From: an uncultured bacterium
Lineage (GTDB): Bacteria; Macinerneyibacteriota; Macinerneyibacteria; Macinerneyibacteriales; Macinerneyibacteriaceae
Length of the DNA: 64,000 nt
Direction: 5' to 3'
Assembly: GCA_964621075.1 (NCBI GenBank)
Contig: CAZUKV010000001.1
Location: forward strand, 24,144 to 88,143
This document shows positions 10,026 through 19,767 of the stretch, one piece after another. Under the pieces are notes generated by a model. That model was given only the letters and a program-made list of their open reading frames with translations. It had not been told where the DNA came from and ran no database searches. A program made the translations under genes and the position numbers. Positions within the stretch are counted from its first letter, which is position 1. Each line of letters opens with the position of its first letter.

Positions 10026-11210
10026 CTATATTTTACCTTCTTCTTTAAATTTTTTAATATCCTCCTTAGAATAACCCATTTCTTTCATTATCTCTTCTGT
10101 ATGTTCTCCTAAGAGTGGAGGGTGTCTATCAAATTTAACCGGCGTTTTGCTCATCTTTATTGGACTCCCAACAAGTTTAACTTTATCAGCAGTAGGATGA
10201 TCTACCTCTACAACCATATTTCTGTGTTTGGTCTGAGGGTCGCCGAAAACATCACTAAACTTATTTATTGCTCCTCCAGGTACATCATATTCTTCCATTT
10301 TGTCAATCCAATATTCTTTATCGTTCTGCTTCAAGATCTTTTCAATAGAAGATATTACTTCCTCTCTATTTTCAACTCTTGCACTATTTGTTTTATATTT
10401 TTCATCTGTTTTCCATTCAGGTTTATCAACCATATCACAAAAGCTCAACCATTGTTTATGTGATCCAACAGCAACAATAATATATCCATCTTCAACTTTA
10501 AAAGCCTGATAAGGAACTATTGTTTGATGCTGATTCCCTCTTCGTTTGGGGTTTTCTCCTGTTACCAAATAACTGGAAGCAAGATTTACCAACCAGGAAA
10601 TTTGACTATCTACAAGCGCAACATCTATCATTTGTCCTTCTCCTGTTTTTTCCCTATGGTGTAGGGCTGATAAGATACCAATAACAAGATACAGGGCTGA
10701 AGTTATATCATCTATGGCTACAGGTACTTTCATTGGAGGGCCGTCAGGCTCTCCATTTATACTCATAATTCCGCCCATTGCCTGTGCAAGAACATCAAAC
10801 CCGGGCTTTTCTGATTTCGGTCCAGAAGTTCCAAATCCTGTTATCAACCCATATATTATTTTAGGATTGATTTCTTTTACATCTTCATATGTTAAATTTA
10901 ATTTTTTCAGCGTTTTCATTCTAAAATTGAAAAGAATTATATCCGCCCATTTAATTAATTTTTCTAAAATATCTCTTCCTTTTTTTAGATTTAATGTAAA
11001 ACTTTTTTTGTTTCTGTTAGCGGTGAAATAATATGCTGATTCACCACCTTTAAATGGAGGTCCCCATGCTCTTGTGGTATCTCCAGTCTTGGGCATTTCA
11101 ATTTTTATAATTTCAGCACCCAAATCTCCAAGAATCTGTGATGCAAAAGGACCTGCTAAAACTCTTGATATATCAAGAACCTTTATACCCTCTAAAGATT
11201 TTTTATTCAT
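10026..11210 (-). CDS. Family III CoA-transferase (CaiB/BaiF-type)
   Basis: N-terminal GIKVLDISRVLAGPFASQILGDLGAEIIKIE is diagnostic of family III CoA transferases. Confidence 0.8.
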   Translation of the reverse strand: MNKKSLEGIKVLDISRVLAGPFASQILGDLGAEIIKIEMPKTGDTTRAWGPPFKGGESAYYFTANRNKKSFTLNLKKGRDILEKLIKWADIILFNFRMKTLKKLNLTYEDVKEINPKIIYGLITGFGTSGPKSEKPGFDVLAQAMGGIMSINGEPDGPPMKVPVAIDDITSALYLVIGILSALHHREKTGEGQMIDVALVDSQISWLVNLASSYLVTGENPKRRGNQHQTIVPYQAFKVEDGYIIVAVGSHKQWLSFCDMVDKPEWKTDEKYKTNSARVENREEVISSIEKILKQNDKEYWIDKMEEYDVPGGAINKFSDVFGDPQTKHRNMVVEVDHPTADKVKLVGSPIKMSKTPVKFDRHPPLLGEHTEEIMKEMGYSKEDIKKFKEEGKI

Positions 11211-11211
11211 C

Positions 11212-12771
11212 TTAACCCTCCTTTTTTTTGGTAAGAGGAGTTACAATAACTATTGATAATATACTCAATACCAGTGCCACGTATACTTTATCAATATTCA
11301 TGCCTATAAAATTTGTTATTGCTTCTTTATTTAATACAAAAATTAAAATTCCTAATGTTGAAACAACCAGGGCTGTAATTGCTGCCTGTGGTGTTACCCA
11401 GGTTCCTTTAATTTTTTTATATCCTAAAACAATCCCTAATATCACGACAATTGCTGCTGCCCCTCTAATTCCATAAGTAATATATGCTGCCTCAAGAATT
11501 CCTCCTCTTATAAAAATTGCCATTGGAATTGAAATAATACCAACTGTAATTGTCATTGCTTTAGAAAAACTCAATAATTTTTTATCAGAAGCATTTTTAT
11601 TTATTAATAAATGATAAAAATCCTTAACAAGAATAGTGCTCACTGCAAACATAACCGGAGCAACCGTTGATAAAATTGCAGCTAATATTCCTGCAGCTGC
11701 TAATCCACTTAACCAATCCGGAAGAAACTCTGCATTCATAAGAAGAAAAGGTAGTGTTTCTTTAGCAGATGTCAATTTCTCTAAATTGCCTATTGTTCCT
11801 GTTCTAACTGCTATTCCAAGGGTTGCAACGATAATTCCAAGTGGTGCTATTAAAAGAGCACTTAACATTGCTCCTCTTTTTGCAGTATTTATATCTTTAG
11901 CCGCAAAAACAGGTTGAATTGAAGCCTGAGAAGCAAAACCAGCAAGAATACCTCCTAATAACCATGCAATCATTTTCCCAAACCCCAGAGAAAAAGGATC
12001 CTTATAACTTTTAATCATTTCGCCTGCTTCTTTAATCGTATTTCCTTCTGCGACAAATTGAGAATTCAAATTTTCAAATAATCCTGAAAATCCTCCTACA
12101 TGATTCAATGTAAGAATAAAGACAACAATAATAGTTGAAAACAGTAAAATAATATGCATCAAATTTGTAAATGCTATTGATTTCATTCCACCCTCATATA
12201 CATAGAAAATAACAAATATACCTGAAACAATAATTGCTATGCTGTAAGGACTAAATAAAATAGATTCAAATCCAAACATGGATGATAACACTCCAGAAAA
12301 ACTTCTCAAAAAGGATCCAAATAATTGAGAAACAAGACTTCCAATTGCCTGTAATTGCAAATATGATAAAATTATAAAAGCAACTACAAATGCAAGGGAA
12401 GCAACTATCCTTACATTTTTATTAAATAATTTTTCTAACATTTCTCCTACTGTGTGAACATTATTTTCTCTATAAATTTTTGCTATTGTTAATCCAAATA
12501 AAAACATCCCCAAAGCTGTAGAAACATTATACCAGAGTGGAAATAATCCAGAATTGAATGCTTTTTCAGAAGTTCCAATTGTACTCATTCCACCAAGCCA
12601 TTCACCTACAACAGTAACAGTTACAAGCAGAACACCCATATTCCTTCCAGCAATTAAGAAATCTGAAGAAGATTCTTTTGCTGCAAACTTTTTTACAATT
12701 TTACCTGCAATAGCTAATAAAACAAAATATCCAATAATCACCAATAATTGCACCCAATGCATAATAATCAA
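11212..12771 (-). CDS. Sodium:solute symporter family (SSF) transporter
   Basis: About 13 transmembrane segments. N-terminal ...FLIAGRNMG... is a typical SSF signature. Confidence 0.7.
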   Translation of the reverse strand: MIIMHWVQLLVIIGYFVLLAIAGKIVKKFAAKESSSDFLIAGRNMGVLLVTVTVVGEWLGGMSTIGTSEKAFNSGLFPLWYNVSTALGMFLFGLTIAKIYRENNVHTVGEMLEKLFNKNVRIVASLAFVVAFIILSYLQLQAIGSLVSQLFGSFLRSFSGVLSSMFGFESILFSPYSIAIIVSGIFVIFYVYEGGMKSIAFTNLMHIILLFSTIIVVFILTLNHVGGFSGLFENLNSQFVAEGNTIKEAGEMIKSYKDPFSLGFGKMIAWLLGGILAGFASQASIQPVFAAKDINTAKRGAMLSALLIAPLGIIVATLGIAVRTGTIGNLEKLTSAKETLPFLLMNAEFLPDWLSGLAAAGILAAILSTVAPVMFAVSTILVKDFYHLLINKNASDKKLLSFSKAMTITVGIISIPMAIFIRGGILEAAYITYGIRGAAAIVVILGIVLGYKKIKGTWVTPQAAITALVVSTLGILIFVLNKEAITNFIGMNIDKVYVALVLSILSIVIVTPLTKKKEG

Positions 12772-14105
12772 CCTCCAATTTTACTGATAATAGATGCTGA
12801 AGCTTTTTTTGCTTCGCCCATTGCTTTAATTACAGTAGCTGCACCACTTACAATATCACCTGCAGCCCAAACTTTTTTTAAGCTTGTTTGCATCTTATTA
12901 TCCACAACTATTCTACCCCACCTATCAAATTTTAAATCATTTTCTTTGTTGCTAATCATTTTATTGGGTCTTTGCCCAATAGCTTCTATAAAAATATCTG
13001 TTTTTATTCTAATAAATTCATCTGTGCTATCAATTGCATTTCTCCCATCTTCAGTTTTCCCGACAGTTTTCATCTTTCTAAAAAGAATCTCTTTTATTTT
13101 TCCATTCTTATTTGAAATTATCTCCAAAGGATTTAATAATGTTTTTATATCTATACCTTCTTCTATTGCATGCTTGATCTCTTCATTTCTTGCAGGCATA
13201 TCCTCTCTAAGTCGCCTGTAAACTATTGAAACTTTAGAACCTAATCTTCTTGCAACCCTTGCTGAATCAACAGCCACATTCCCTCCACCAACAATTAAAG
13301 TTCTTTTCCCCTTTTTAATTGGGGTATGATATTCCGGAAACCTGTATGCTTTCATCAAATTAACTCTGGTCAAAAATTCATTAGCAAAATATACCCCTAT
13401 AGCATTCTCACCTTTAATATTTAATTGTCTTGGAAGGCCTGCTCCTACAGATATAAAAATACCATCAAATTTTTCCTGAAGTTCCTCCAAATAGAGCGTT
13501 TTCCCGATTAGATAATTTTTTTTAAATTTAACTCCCATTTTTTTTAACTTATCTATCTCTCTATTAATAATCTCATCGGGAAGTCTAAAATTTGGAATAC
13601 CATATCTTAACACCCCGCCAAATTTATGAAGTGCTTCGAAAATAACTACATCAAACCCATTTTTTATGAGCTCATTAGAAGCTGTAAGTCCAGCAGGGCC
13701 CGATCCCACTACCGCAACTTTTTTATTATTTTTCTTAATTATTCTATTTAATTCTACCGAATAATTATCTGCAACAAACCGTTCCAGCTTTCCAATATTG
13801 ATTGGTGGTTCCAAAATACATTCGGCCTCGCACTGATTTTCCTGTGGACAAACTCTTCCACATATTGCAGGTAAAATATTCTCCTCATTTATAATTTTAT
13901 AAGCTTTTTTGAATTTTTCTTCTTTTATAGCCCTGATAAATCCCGGGATATCCACTTCAACCGGACAACCCTTAATACATAAACCACATTCTTTACATCT
14001 ATTGGCTTCTTTGATAGCTTCTTCTATTCTATATCCTTTATTAACTTCTTTAAAATCTTTAATTCTTATTTTAGGAGATCTTTCTTCAGGCTCTATTCTC
14101 ATCAT
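12768..14105 (-). CDS. NfnB/SudA/GltD-like NADPH-dependent oxidoreductase large subunit (2x[4Fe-4S] + FAD/NAD(P) domains)
   Basis: CKECGLC...CP and CGRVCPQENQCEAEC clusters followed by VAVVGSGPAGL dinucleotide fold. Paired with an NfnA-like subunit upstream. Confidence 0.75.
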   Translation of the reverse strand: MMRIEPEERSPKIRIKDFKEVNKGYRIEEAIKEANRCKECGLCIKGCPVEVDIPGFIRAIKEEKFKKAYKIINEENILPAICGRVCPQENQCEAECILEPPINIGKLERFVADNYSVELNRIIKKNNKKVAVVGSGPAGLTASNELIKNGFDVVIFEALHKFGGVLRYGIPNFRLPDEIINREIDKLKKMGVKFKKNYLIGKTLYLEELQEKFDGIFISVGAGLPRQLNIKGENAIGVYFANEFLTRVNLMKAYRFPEYHTPIKKGKRTLIVGGGNVAVDSARVARRLGSKVSIVYRRLREDMPARNEEIKHAIEEGIDIKTLLNPLEIISNKNGKIKEILFRKMKTVGKTEDGRNAIDSTDEFIRIKTDIFIEAIGQRPNKMISNKENDLKFDRWGRIVVDNKMQTSLKKVWAAGDIVSGAATVIKAMGEAKKASASIISKIGG

Positions 14106-14940
14106 TCATCTCTTTTTCTATTTTTTTTTCTAACTTGCATTCTGAGTTTTCATATTGCCGATTTCTTTTTATTAACTCATCAAAATTAACTTTATAACCA
14201 TCAAAAATAGGACCATCCACACATGTATATTTAATTTCACCGTTATATGACAATCTACACCCTCCGCACATACCCGTACCATCAATCATAATTGTATTCA
14301 AGCTTACAAGAGTTTTTAATTTATATTTTTTTGTATTTTCTACTACTTTTTTCATCATAATTAAAGGACCAACTGCAATGCAGAGATCATATTTTTTTTC
14401 TCTCAACAATTTTTTTAACCTTTTTGTAACAAAACCTTTCTCACCGTATGAACCATCATCTGTCATGCAGTAAAGATTATCTACATACCGTTCTATTTCA
14501 TCTATTAAAATTAAAGAATCTTTATTCTTTGCTCCAATAATTGAATCAATATGCTTTATTTTTTTATTCATAGAAAATTCTTTTATTTTTGGGAATATAG
14601 GTGCAATACCAATCCCGCCGCCAATAAAAAGAATATTTTTAAAATTTTCTTCAGTTTTTACATTATTTCCAAGAGGTCCCAAAATATCGGGAATGATCTC
14701 TTTAGTTTTCATCTCTGATAAAATTTTTGTAGTTAAGCCAACAACCTGAAATATTATTCGGATATTTCCTTTTTTTGGATTTATATCGGCTATAGTCAGA
14801 GGAATTCTTTCTCCCACTTTTTTCACCTTCAATATCAAAAATTGCCCTGCTGAATAGTGGTTTGCTATTTCCGGATTATGAACCCAAAAAGAATATATAT
14901 TTTTACCTAATTTATCTTTAGAAACTATCTGATTTCTCAT
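14086..14940 (-). CDS. NfnA/SudB/PyrK-like FAD + [2Fe-2S] electron-transfer subunit
   Basis: Ferredoxin-NADP reductase-like fold. C-terminal GTGMCGGCR...C cluster. 20-nt overlap with the downstream large subunit. Confidence 0.7.
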   Translation of the reverse strand: MRNQIVSKDKLGKNIYSFWVHNPEIANHYSAGQFLILKVKKVGERIPLTIADINPKKGNIRIIFQVVGLTTKILSEMKTKEIIPDILGPLGNNVKTEENFKNILFIGGGIGIAPIFPKIKEFSMNKKIKHIDSIIGAKNKDSLILIDEIERYVDNLYCMTDDGSYGEKGFVTKRLKKLLREKKYDLCIAVGPLIMMKKVVENTKKYKLKTLVSLNTIMIDGTGMCGGCRLSYNGEIKYTCVDGPIFDGYKVNFDELIKRNRQYENSECKLEKKIEKEMNDENRA

Positions 14941-15000
14941 GGGTTAATAATAATAGAGTTAATATTTATGTCAATTATAATTCATATAGAAAATAAAAAC

Positions 15001-15255
15001 TTAATTTTTTAAAAGATCTAATACTTTTTTCTTAATAATATTTCTTTTCTCGGGAAGTCTAATAACATTTGTACCAAAATAATCCCATCTATCTGTTAAA
15101 TATATGACTGCTCTTTTTTGTTTTGATTTATAATTTAAATCATCTGTTATGCAGAATTTTTTCTCTATTTTTTTAGATATTTTAATATTAGAAAAATATT
15201 TTTTTATATATTTTTTTAAATATTTACTTTCTATTCTAAAATCAATTTCTGCCAT
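15001..15255 (-). CDS. Small hypothetical protein (84 aa)
   Basis: ORF overlapping the end of the IMPase gene by 14 nt (possible coupling). No recognisable motif. Confidence 0.3.
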   Translation of the reverse strand: MAEIDFRIESKYLKKYIKKYFSNIKISKKIEKKFCITDDLNYKSKQKRAVIYLTDRWDYFGTNVIRLPEKRNIIKKKVLDLLKN

Positions 15256-16042
15256 TATATTTCTCCAGATTTGAAATTACTTTTTCATGAATAATGCCAT
15301 TACTTGCAATAATATTATTTGTATTAAAAAGCCATTTTTTCCCATTGAGATCTGTTATCGTTCCTCCTGCCTCTTCAACAAATAATTTTCCTGCAGCCAT
15401 ATCCCATATTTTCAATCCTTCTTCCCAGTAAACATCATATCTCCCCGCTCCTACATAAGCCAAATCCAAAGCAGCAGAACCCAGTCTTCTTATTCCCCTT
15501 GCTTTTAAAGCAAGTTTTTTAAAATTACTTATATTATTATACCCATTTTTCTCTCCTCGATTATAAGAAAATCCAGTTGCAACCATTGCTTTACTTAATT
15601 GTTTCCTTGAAGATACTTTTACCTTCTTTTCATTTAAGAAAGCACCTTGATTTTTTATTGAATGAAAAATTTCGTTCTTTACTGGGTCATAGATAATACC
15701 AAAAACAATTTCATTATCCCATATTAAAGCAATAACAACAGAAAAATGAGGTATTCCAAAAGCGAAGTTATTAGTACCATCAATAGGGTCAATTACCCAG
15801 TACTTACTTATCTCCATAGAATGATTCTTTTTAGTTTCCTCTGCAATGATTGGAATATCATACTGTTTAAGTTGATTTATTATATATTTTTCAGATTTAT
15901 AGTCATAATTTGTCACAAGTTCTCTTGATTTTTTTTCATCAATTTTCTTATTGCCATTATAGAACCCGTCTCTTAATATTTCTCCAGCATTTCTTATTAT
16001 ACCTTTTAATTTATTGAAAACTATTCCTTCAACAATTTCCAT
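15242..16042 (-). CDS. Inositol monophosphatase family protein (SuhB-like)
   Basis: WVIDPIDGTNNF metal-binding motif and a GAAALD-like C-terminal motif. Confidence 0.8.
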   Translation of the reverse strand: MEIVEGIVFNKLKGIIRNAGEILRDGFYNGNKKIDEKKSRELVTNYDYKSEKYIINQLKQYDIPIIAEETKKNHSMEISKYWVIDPIDGTNNFAFGIPHFSVVIALIWDNEIVFGIIYDPVKNEIFHSIKNQGAFLNEKKVKVSSRKQLSKAMVATGFSYNRGEKNGYNNISNFKKLALKARGIRRLGSAALDLAYVGAGRYDVYWEEGLKIWDMAAGKLFVEEAGGTITDLNGKKWLFNTNNIIASNGIIHEKVISNLEKYNGRN

Positions 16043-16149
16043 ACTTCTCCTTTTTTCAATTATAACATTCAGATTTATTATATAAAGTTATATCTAAATA
16101 CTTGCAATATTTAGTATAAATATTATTATTAATTAAGGAGGGATATTTT

Positions 16150-17379
16150 ATGAAAAAAAACTATAGAGGAACTGTAGCAATTTTAACCGGAGGGGGCGAT
16201 ACCTGCGCATTAAATAGAAGCATAGAGGTAATCAAAAATGTTGCATATCTATTAGATTATAAAATTTATGGCATTTATGAAGGCTGGAAAGGTCTTCTGG
16301 ATGATGGTTATATAGTGGATATTTCGGAACAGGATATAAATGGTACAGTTGGCGGATCAATACTTGGTTCCTCCAGAACAAACCCATTCAAAAAAGAAAA
16401 AAATGGAGAAAATCGTATTGATGAACTTTTAAACAATGTGAAAAAGTATGATATAGATATAATAATATCGATAGGTGGAGATGATACCAATGGAGTTTCT
16501 CAAAAATTATATAAAAATTATGGTATTCCTGTAATTGGATTTCCTAAAACTATAGATAATGATGTAAAAACAAAAACAATTTTTACAAACAAAAACGGTA
16601 AAGAGCATGAAGTTTCCCTTTGTCCCGGATTCCCAACTGCAGCTCAAAAAATAATTAAACTTATAAGCAATTTAAGAACTACTGCAATGACCCACAATCG
16701 AATATTTGTTGTAGAAATTATGGGTCGTGATGCCGGATGGCTTCCCTCTGCAGCTGCTTATGGTGGAGCTGACATGGTTCTTATTCCTGAACTTAAAATG
16801 ACAAAAGAAAGAATTGACGATTTTTTGAATAAAGTTGTTGATAAATATCAGGAAAAAGGAGATCTTATAATTGGAGTCTCTGAAGGTGTTAGGTGGTGGA
16901 ATAAAAAAAACAAAAAATGTGACGTAGTGAAAGAGAATTCTATACTTGACGAGTTTGGACATCCCAAACTGGGTGGAATTGCCAGCAAAATTGCTAATAT
17001 TCTTAGAGAGAAGGGTATTGATAACCCCCGATCTCAGGTGGCTGGATATATACCGCGAAGTGGTTTTATATCAGAATATGATAGTCAATTTGCCACAGCA
17101 CTTGGTCAGCAGGTATTAAAAATGATTTTAAATGAAAATTTTGGATATATGCCTACACTTGAAAATGTTCCCTACTACAGAGAAGTAGAGGCTTACAACA
17201 CAAAAATTATTCCTTTATCAGCTATAGAAAATTATGATTTACCCTGTAATTTTTTCTATGATGTGGAAAAATATAATTTAAATGATAACTACATTCAATT
17301 TATTGAAAAAATGATACCGGAAAAACCTTTTATACCTAAAAGAATTGATTATAAAAAAATAAAACCAAAAAATAATTAA
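16150..17379 (+). CDS. pfk: 6-phosphofructokinase, probably pyrophosphate-dependent
   Basis: PFK motifs TGGGDTCALN, GGDDT and PKTIDND. GGDDT (Asp in place of the Gly of the ATP-PFK GGDGS motif) is characteristic of PPi-PFKs. Confidence 0.75.
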   Translation: MKKNYRGTVAILTGGGDTCALNRSIEVIKNVAYLLDYKIYGIYEGWKGLLDDGYIVDISEQDINGTVGGSILGSSRTNPFKKEKNGENRIDELLNNVKKYDIDIIISIGGDDTNGVSQKLYKNYGIPVIGFPKTIDNDVKTKTIFTNKNGKEHEVSLCPGFPTAAQKIIKLISNLRTTAMTHNRIFVVEIMGRDAGWLPSAAAYGGADMVLIPELKMTKERIDDFLNKVVDKYQEKGDLIIGVSEGVRWWNKKNKKCDVVKENSILDEFGHPKLGGIASKIANILREKGIDNPRSQVAGYIPRSGFISEYDSQFATALGQQVLKMILNENFGYMPTLENVPYYREVEAYNTKIIPLSAIENYDLPCNFFYDVEKYNLNDNYIQFIEKMIPEKPFIPKRIDYKKIKPKNN

Positions 17380-18419
17380 TTTGAAGATTGAATTTTAATA
17401 ATTTCGTTTTTTGAATTAACAAGAATATTTTTTCCATTTTTTAAAAAACTTGAATAAATAGAATAGTTACTACCACTTTCAGCATAATTAAAGATTATAT
17501 ATATATTTCCAGGAGTAATATCTTCAAGATTAGATAATTTTTTTAAAAATATAATATCAACAGGTTTCTCGTACCATCCCTTCATCAGGCTTGATTCCAG
17601 AAGATTACTATTAATATTATCCTTTATAAAATTCCTGAGGTTTCCGCCATTATTTACTAAATGCTTCTCAATCTGAAACTTAATTTTTATTAGATTATTA
17701 TACATCTCATTTCTATTATCATGTTTTTGTTCAATTAGGATAAAATGAAGAGCAAATACAATAACAAATATTACAACTGTTCTATAATAAGCAAGATTAA
17801 AATAACGTTTCCTCAATAGGTTAATTAAATATATTAAAAGAATAATAGAAAAAAAACCAAAAAGAAGCCATAAAAAAGTGTTATCATAAATATAGAAATT
17901 TCCTTTTAGAGCATTGTTAAAAAACAAAATTAATTCTTTTATCCCCTGATAAAATACATAAATTATTTTTATTGTTAAAATACCCATTAAGAAAAATAAA
18001 AAGAATGATTTTTCATGTTTTTTTCTTTTAATATCAACCCCACTATCTCTCAAGTATGAAACAAATGAATATATATTATCATATTTATAAGAGGAAAGTG
18101 TTGTTTTTTTAGTTTTATTATTTGTTTTATAAAAAACCTGATAATAATCTCTTCCCCTGCCGCTATATGAAACAAACAAAATATTTTCAATATTATTAAT
18201 CTTGATAACTTTATTGGAGAATAGTTTAGAAACATAGAGATAGTTGCCTAAAATATAAACTTTATGTAAAATTTCTTTTATAAATATTGTAATAAGAATA
18301 ACTGAAATAATTAAAAAAATATGAAAATCAAAGATTATATAAAATGAAATTAGGGAGATTAAAATCAATAAAGCAAACAAAATGAGATATGCTTTATTTA
18401 ATTTTAATCTCCTGTCCAT
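17376..18419 (-). CDS. Polytopic membrane protein, function unknown
   Basis: Several hydrophobic helices; extremely K/N/I/Y-rich; no motif recognised. Confidence 0.35.
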   Translation of the reverse strand: MDRRLKLNKAYLILFALLILISLISFYIIFDFHIFLIISVILITIFIKEILHKVYILGNYLYVSKLFSNKVIKINNIENILFVSYSGRGRDYYQVFYKTNNKTKKTTLSSYKYDNIYSFVSYLRDSGVDIKRKKHEKSFFLFFLMGILTIKIIYVFYQGIKELILFFNNALKGNFYIYDNTFLWLLFGFFSIILLIYLINLLRKRYFNLAYYRTVVIFVIVFALHFILIEQKHDNRNEMYNNLIKIKFQIEKHLVNNGGNLRNFIKDNINSNLLESSLMKGWYEKPVDIIFLKKLSNLEDITPGNIYIIFNYAESGSNYSIYSSFLKNGKNILVNSKNEIIKIQSSN

Positions 18420-18949
18420 TACTTACCTAAATCAAAACCTTTATTAAAGGCTTTTTCATTTAAATCTTCTGTTCCACTTGGAACACTTTTTTTTACTGTT
18501 TTCAGCATCCCTTTTTTAGAAACTTTTTCTGTTACAGCAGTAATATAACCAAGAGAAACAATATTTGCAGATATTTCACTGTCCATAATATCTCTTGATA
18601 TTTTTCCAAAAGAAATTTTATGTAAATTTTTTATATCATAATCTGAAGCATCGACATAATTATCATCAACTAAAACAATTGTATTATCATCAATATGCTT
18701 GATTTGCCTTTCCAAGCCGGACTGACTCATTGCTACTACTAAATTGGCTGTAGTTATCTCGGGATAATCAATTGGATCATTAGATATAATAACATACGCT
18801 TCAGTCATTCCACCTCTTGATTCTGGACCATAGCTCTGAGTCTGGGTGCTATATTTTTTGTCTTCTATTGCAGCCGCTTCAGCTAATATTTTCCCGCTCA
18901 GAATCATTCCCTGACCGCCTGCTCCACTGAAAACTACTTCATAACGCAT
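18419..18949 (-). CDS. korC: 2-oxoglutarate(-type):ferredoxin oxidoreductase gamma subunit (cluster 2)
   Basis: SGAGGQGMILSGKILA gamma-subunit motif. Cluster is adjacent to sucCD. Confidence 0.75.
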   Translation of the reverse strand: MRYEVVFSGAGGQGMILSGKILAEAAAIEDKKYSTQTQSYGPESRGGMTEAYVIISNDPIDYPEITTANLVVAMSQSGLERQIKHIDDNTIVLVDDNYVDASDYDIKNLHKISFGKISRDIMDSEISANIVSLGYITAVTEKVSKKGMLKTVKKSVPSGTEDLNEKAFNKGFDLGK

Positions 18950-18950
18950 A

Positions 18951-19766
18951 TTATTCCTCCTTAGCTTTAGCCATTATTTTTTTATCATATTCTTCAACAT
19001 ATTCAGGTTTAGTTACATTTTTAAATATTCCGGTTATTACTTTATCTTCTAATTCTTCTTCAGATAATTTTTCTGCCTGTTTTTTAGTTATTACACTTTC
19101 CTTAATCCATTCAAACATATCAACAGGAGTTTTCATTTTATTTCTTCTGCCAAATTGAATATGACAGTTCGTAGCTACTTCCACAATAGAAAACCCTTTA
19201 TTAGAAAATGCTTTGAAAATATAATTTTCCATCTGTTTAGGATTAGTTACCGACGCTCTTGCAGCAAATGTAGCACCGGCCCCAATTGCAAGATCCATAA
19301 AATTAAATGAATTATCAATATGACCATATTGAGCAGTTGAAGCAAAATAAGATTTGGGTGTTGTTGGAGAATACTGGCCTCCAGTCATGCCATAAATATT
19401 ATTATTAAATACTATAGCAGTAACGTCAATATTTCTTCTTGCTGCATGAATTAAATGATTTCCTCCAATTGCTCCTGCATCACCATCACCTGTATATACA
19501 ACAACATTTAGTTTTGGTTTTGCCATTTTTATTCCTGTTGCAAAGGCAAGAGCCCTACCATGTAATGTGTGAAGGCTGTTAAAATCGAGATATCCGGTAG
19601 CTCTACTTGAACAACCAATTCCAGATATTGCCATTACATCATCTTTTTTCCATCCCATTTTATCAATAGCCCTAATGGAGCTCTTCAAAATAATACCATT
19701 CCCACATCCAGCACACCATATATGAGGAAATTTATCCTGTCTAATATATTTATTATAATCAAACAT
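18951..19766 (-). CDS. korB: 2-oxoglutarate(-type):ferredoxin oxidoreductase beta subunit (cluster 2)
   Basis: WCAGCGNG...GDGD...GGNH...NNNIYGMTGGQ TPP-binding motifs. Confidence 0.8.
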   Translation of the reverse strand: MFDYNKYIRQDKFPHIWCAGCGNGIILKSSIRAIDKMGWKKDDVMAISGIGCSSRATGYLDFNSLHTLHGRALAFATGIKMAKPKLNVVVYTGDGDAGAIGGNHLIHAARRNIDVTAIVFNNNIYGMTGGQYSPTTPKSYFASTAQYGHIDNSFNFMDLAIGAGATFAARASVTNPKQMENYIFKAFSNKGFSIVEVATNCHIQFGRRNKMKTPVDMFEWIKESVITKKQAEKLSEEELEDKVITGIFKNVTKPEYVEEYDKKIMAKAKEE

Positions 19767-19767
19767 A

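Noticed and set aside
12748-13221. Plus-strand 157-aa ORF (and similar antisense ORFs such as 4688-4996, 9539-9844, 10714-11031, 20104-20535, 32621-32902 and 33828-34109)
   Set aside because: All lie entirely inside, and antisense to, strongly supported conserved genes. They are typical shadow ORFs of AT-rich DNA.
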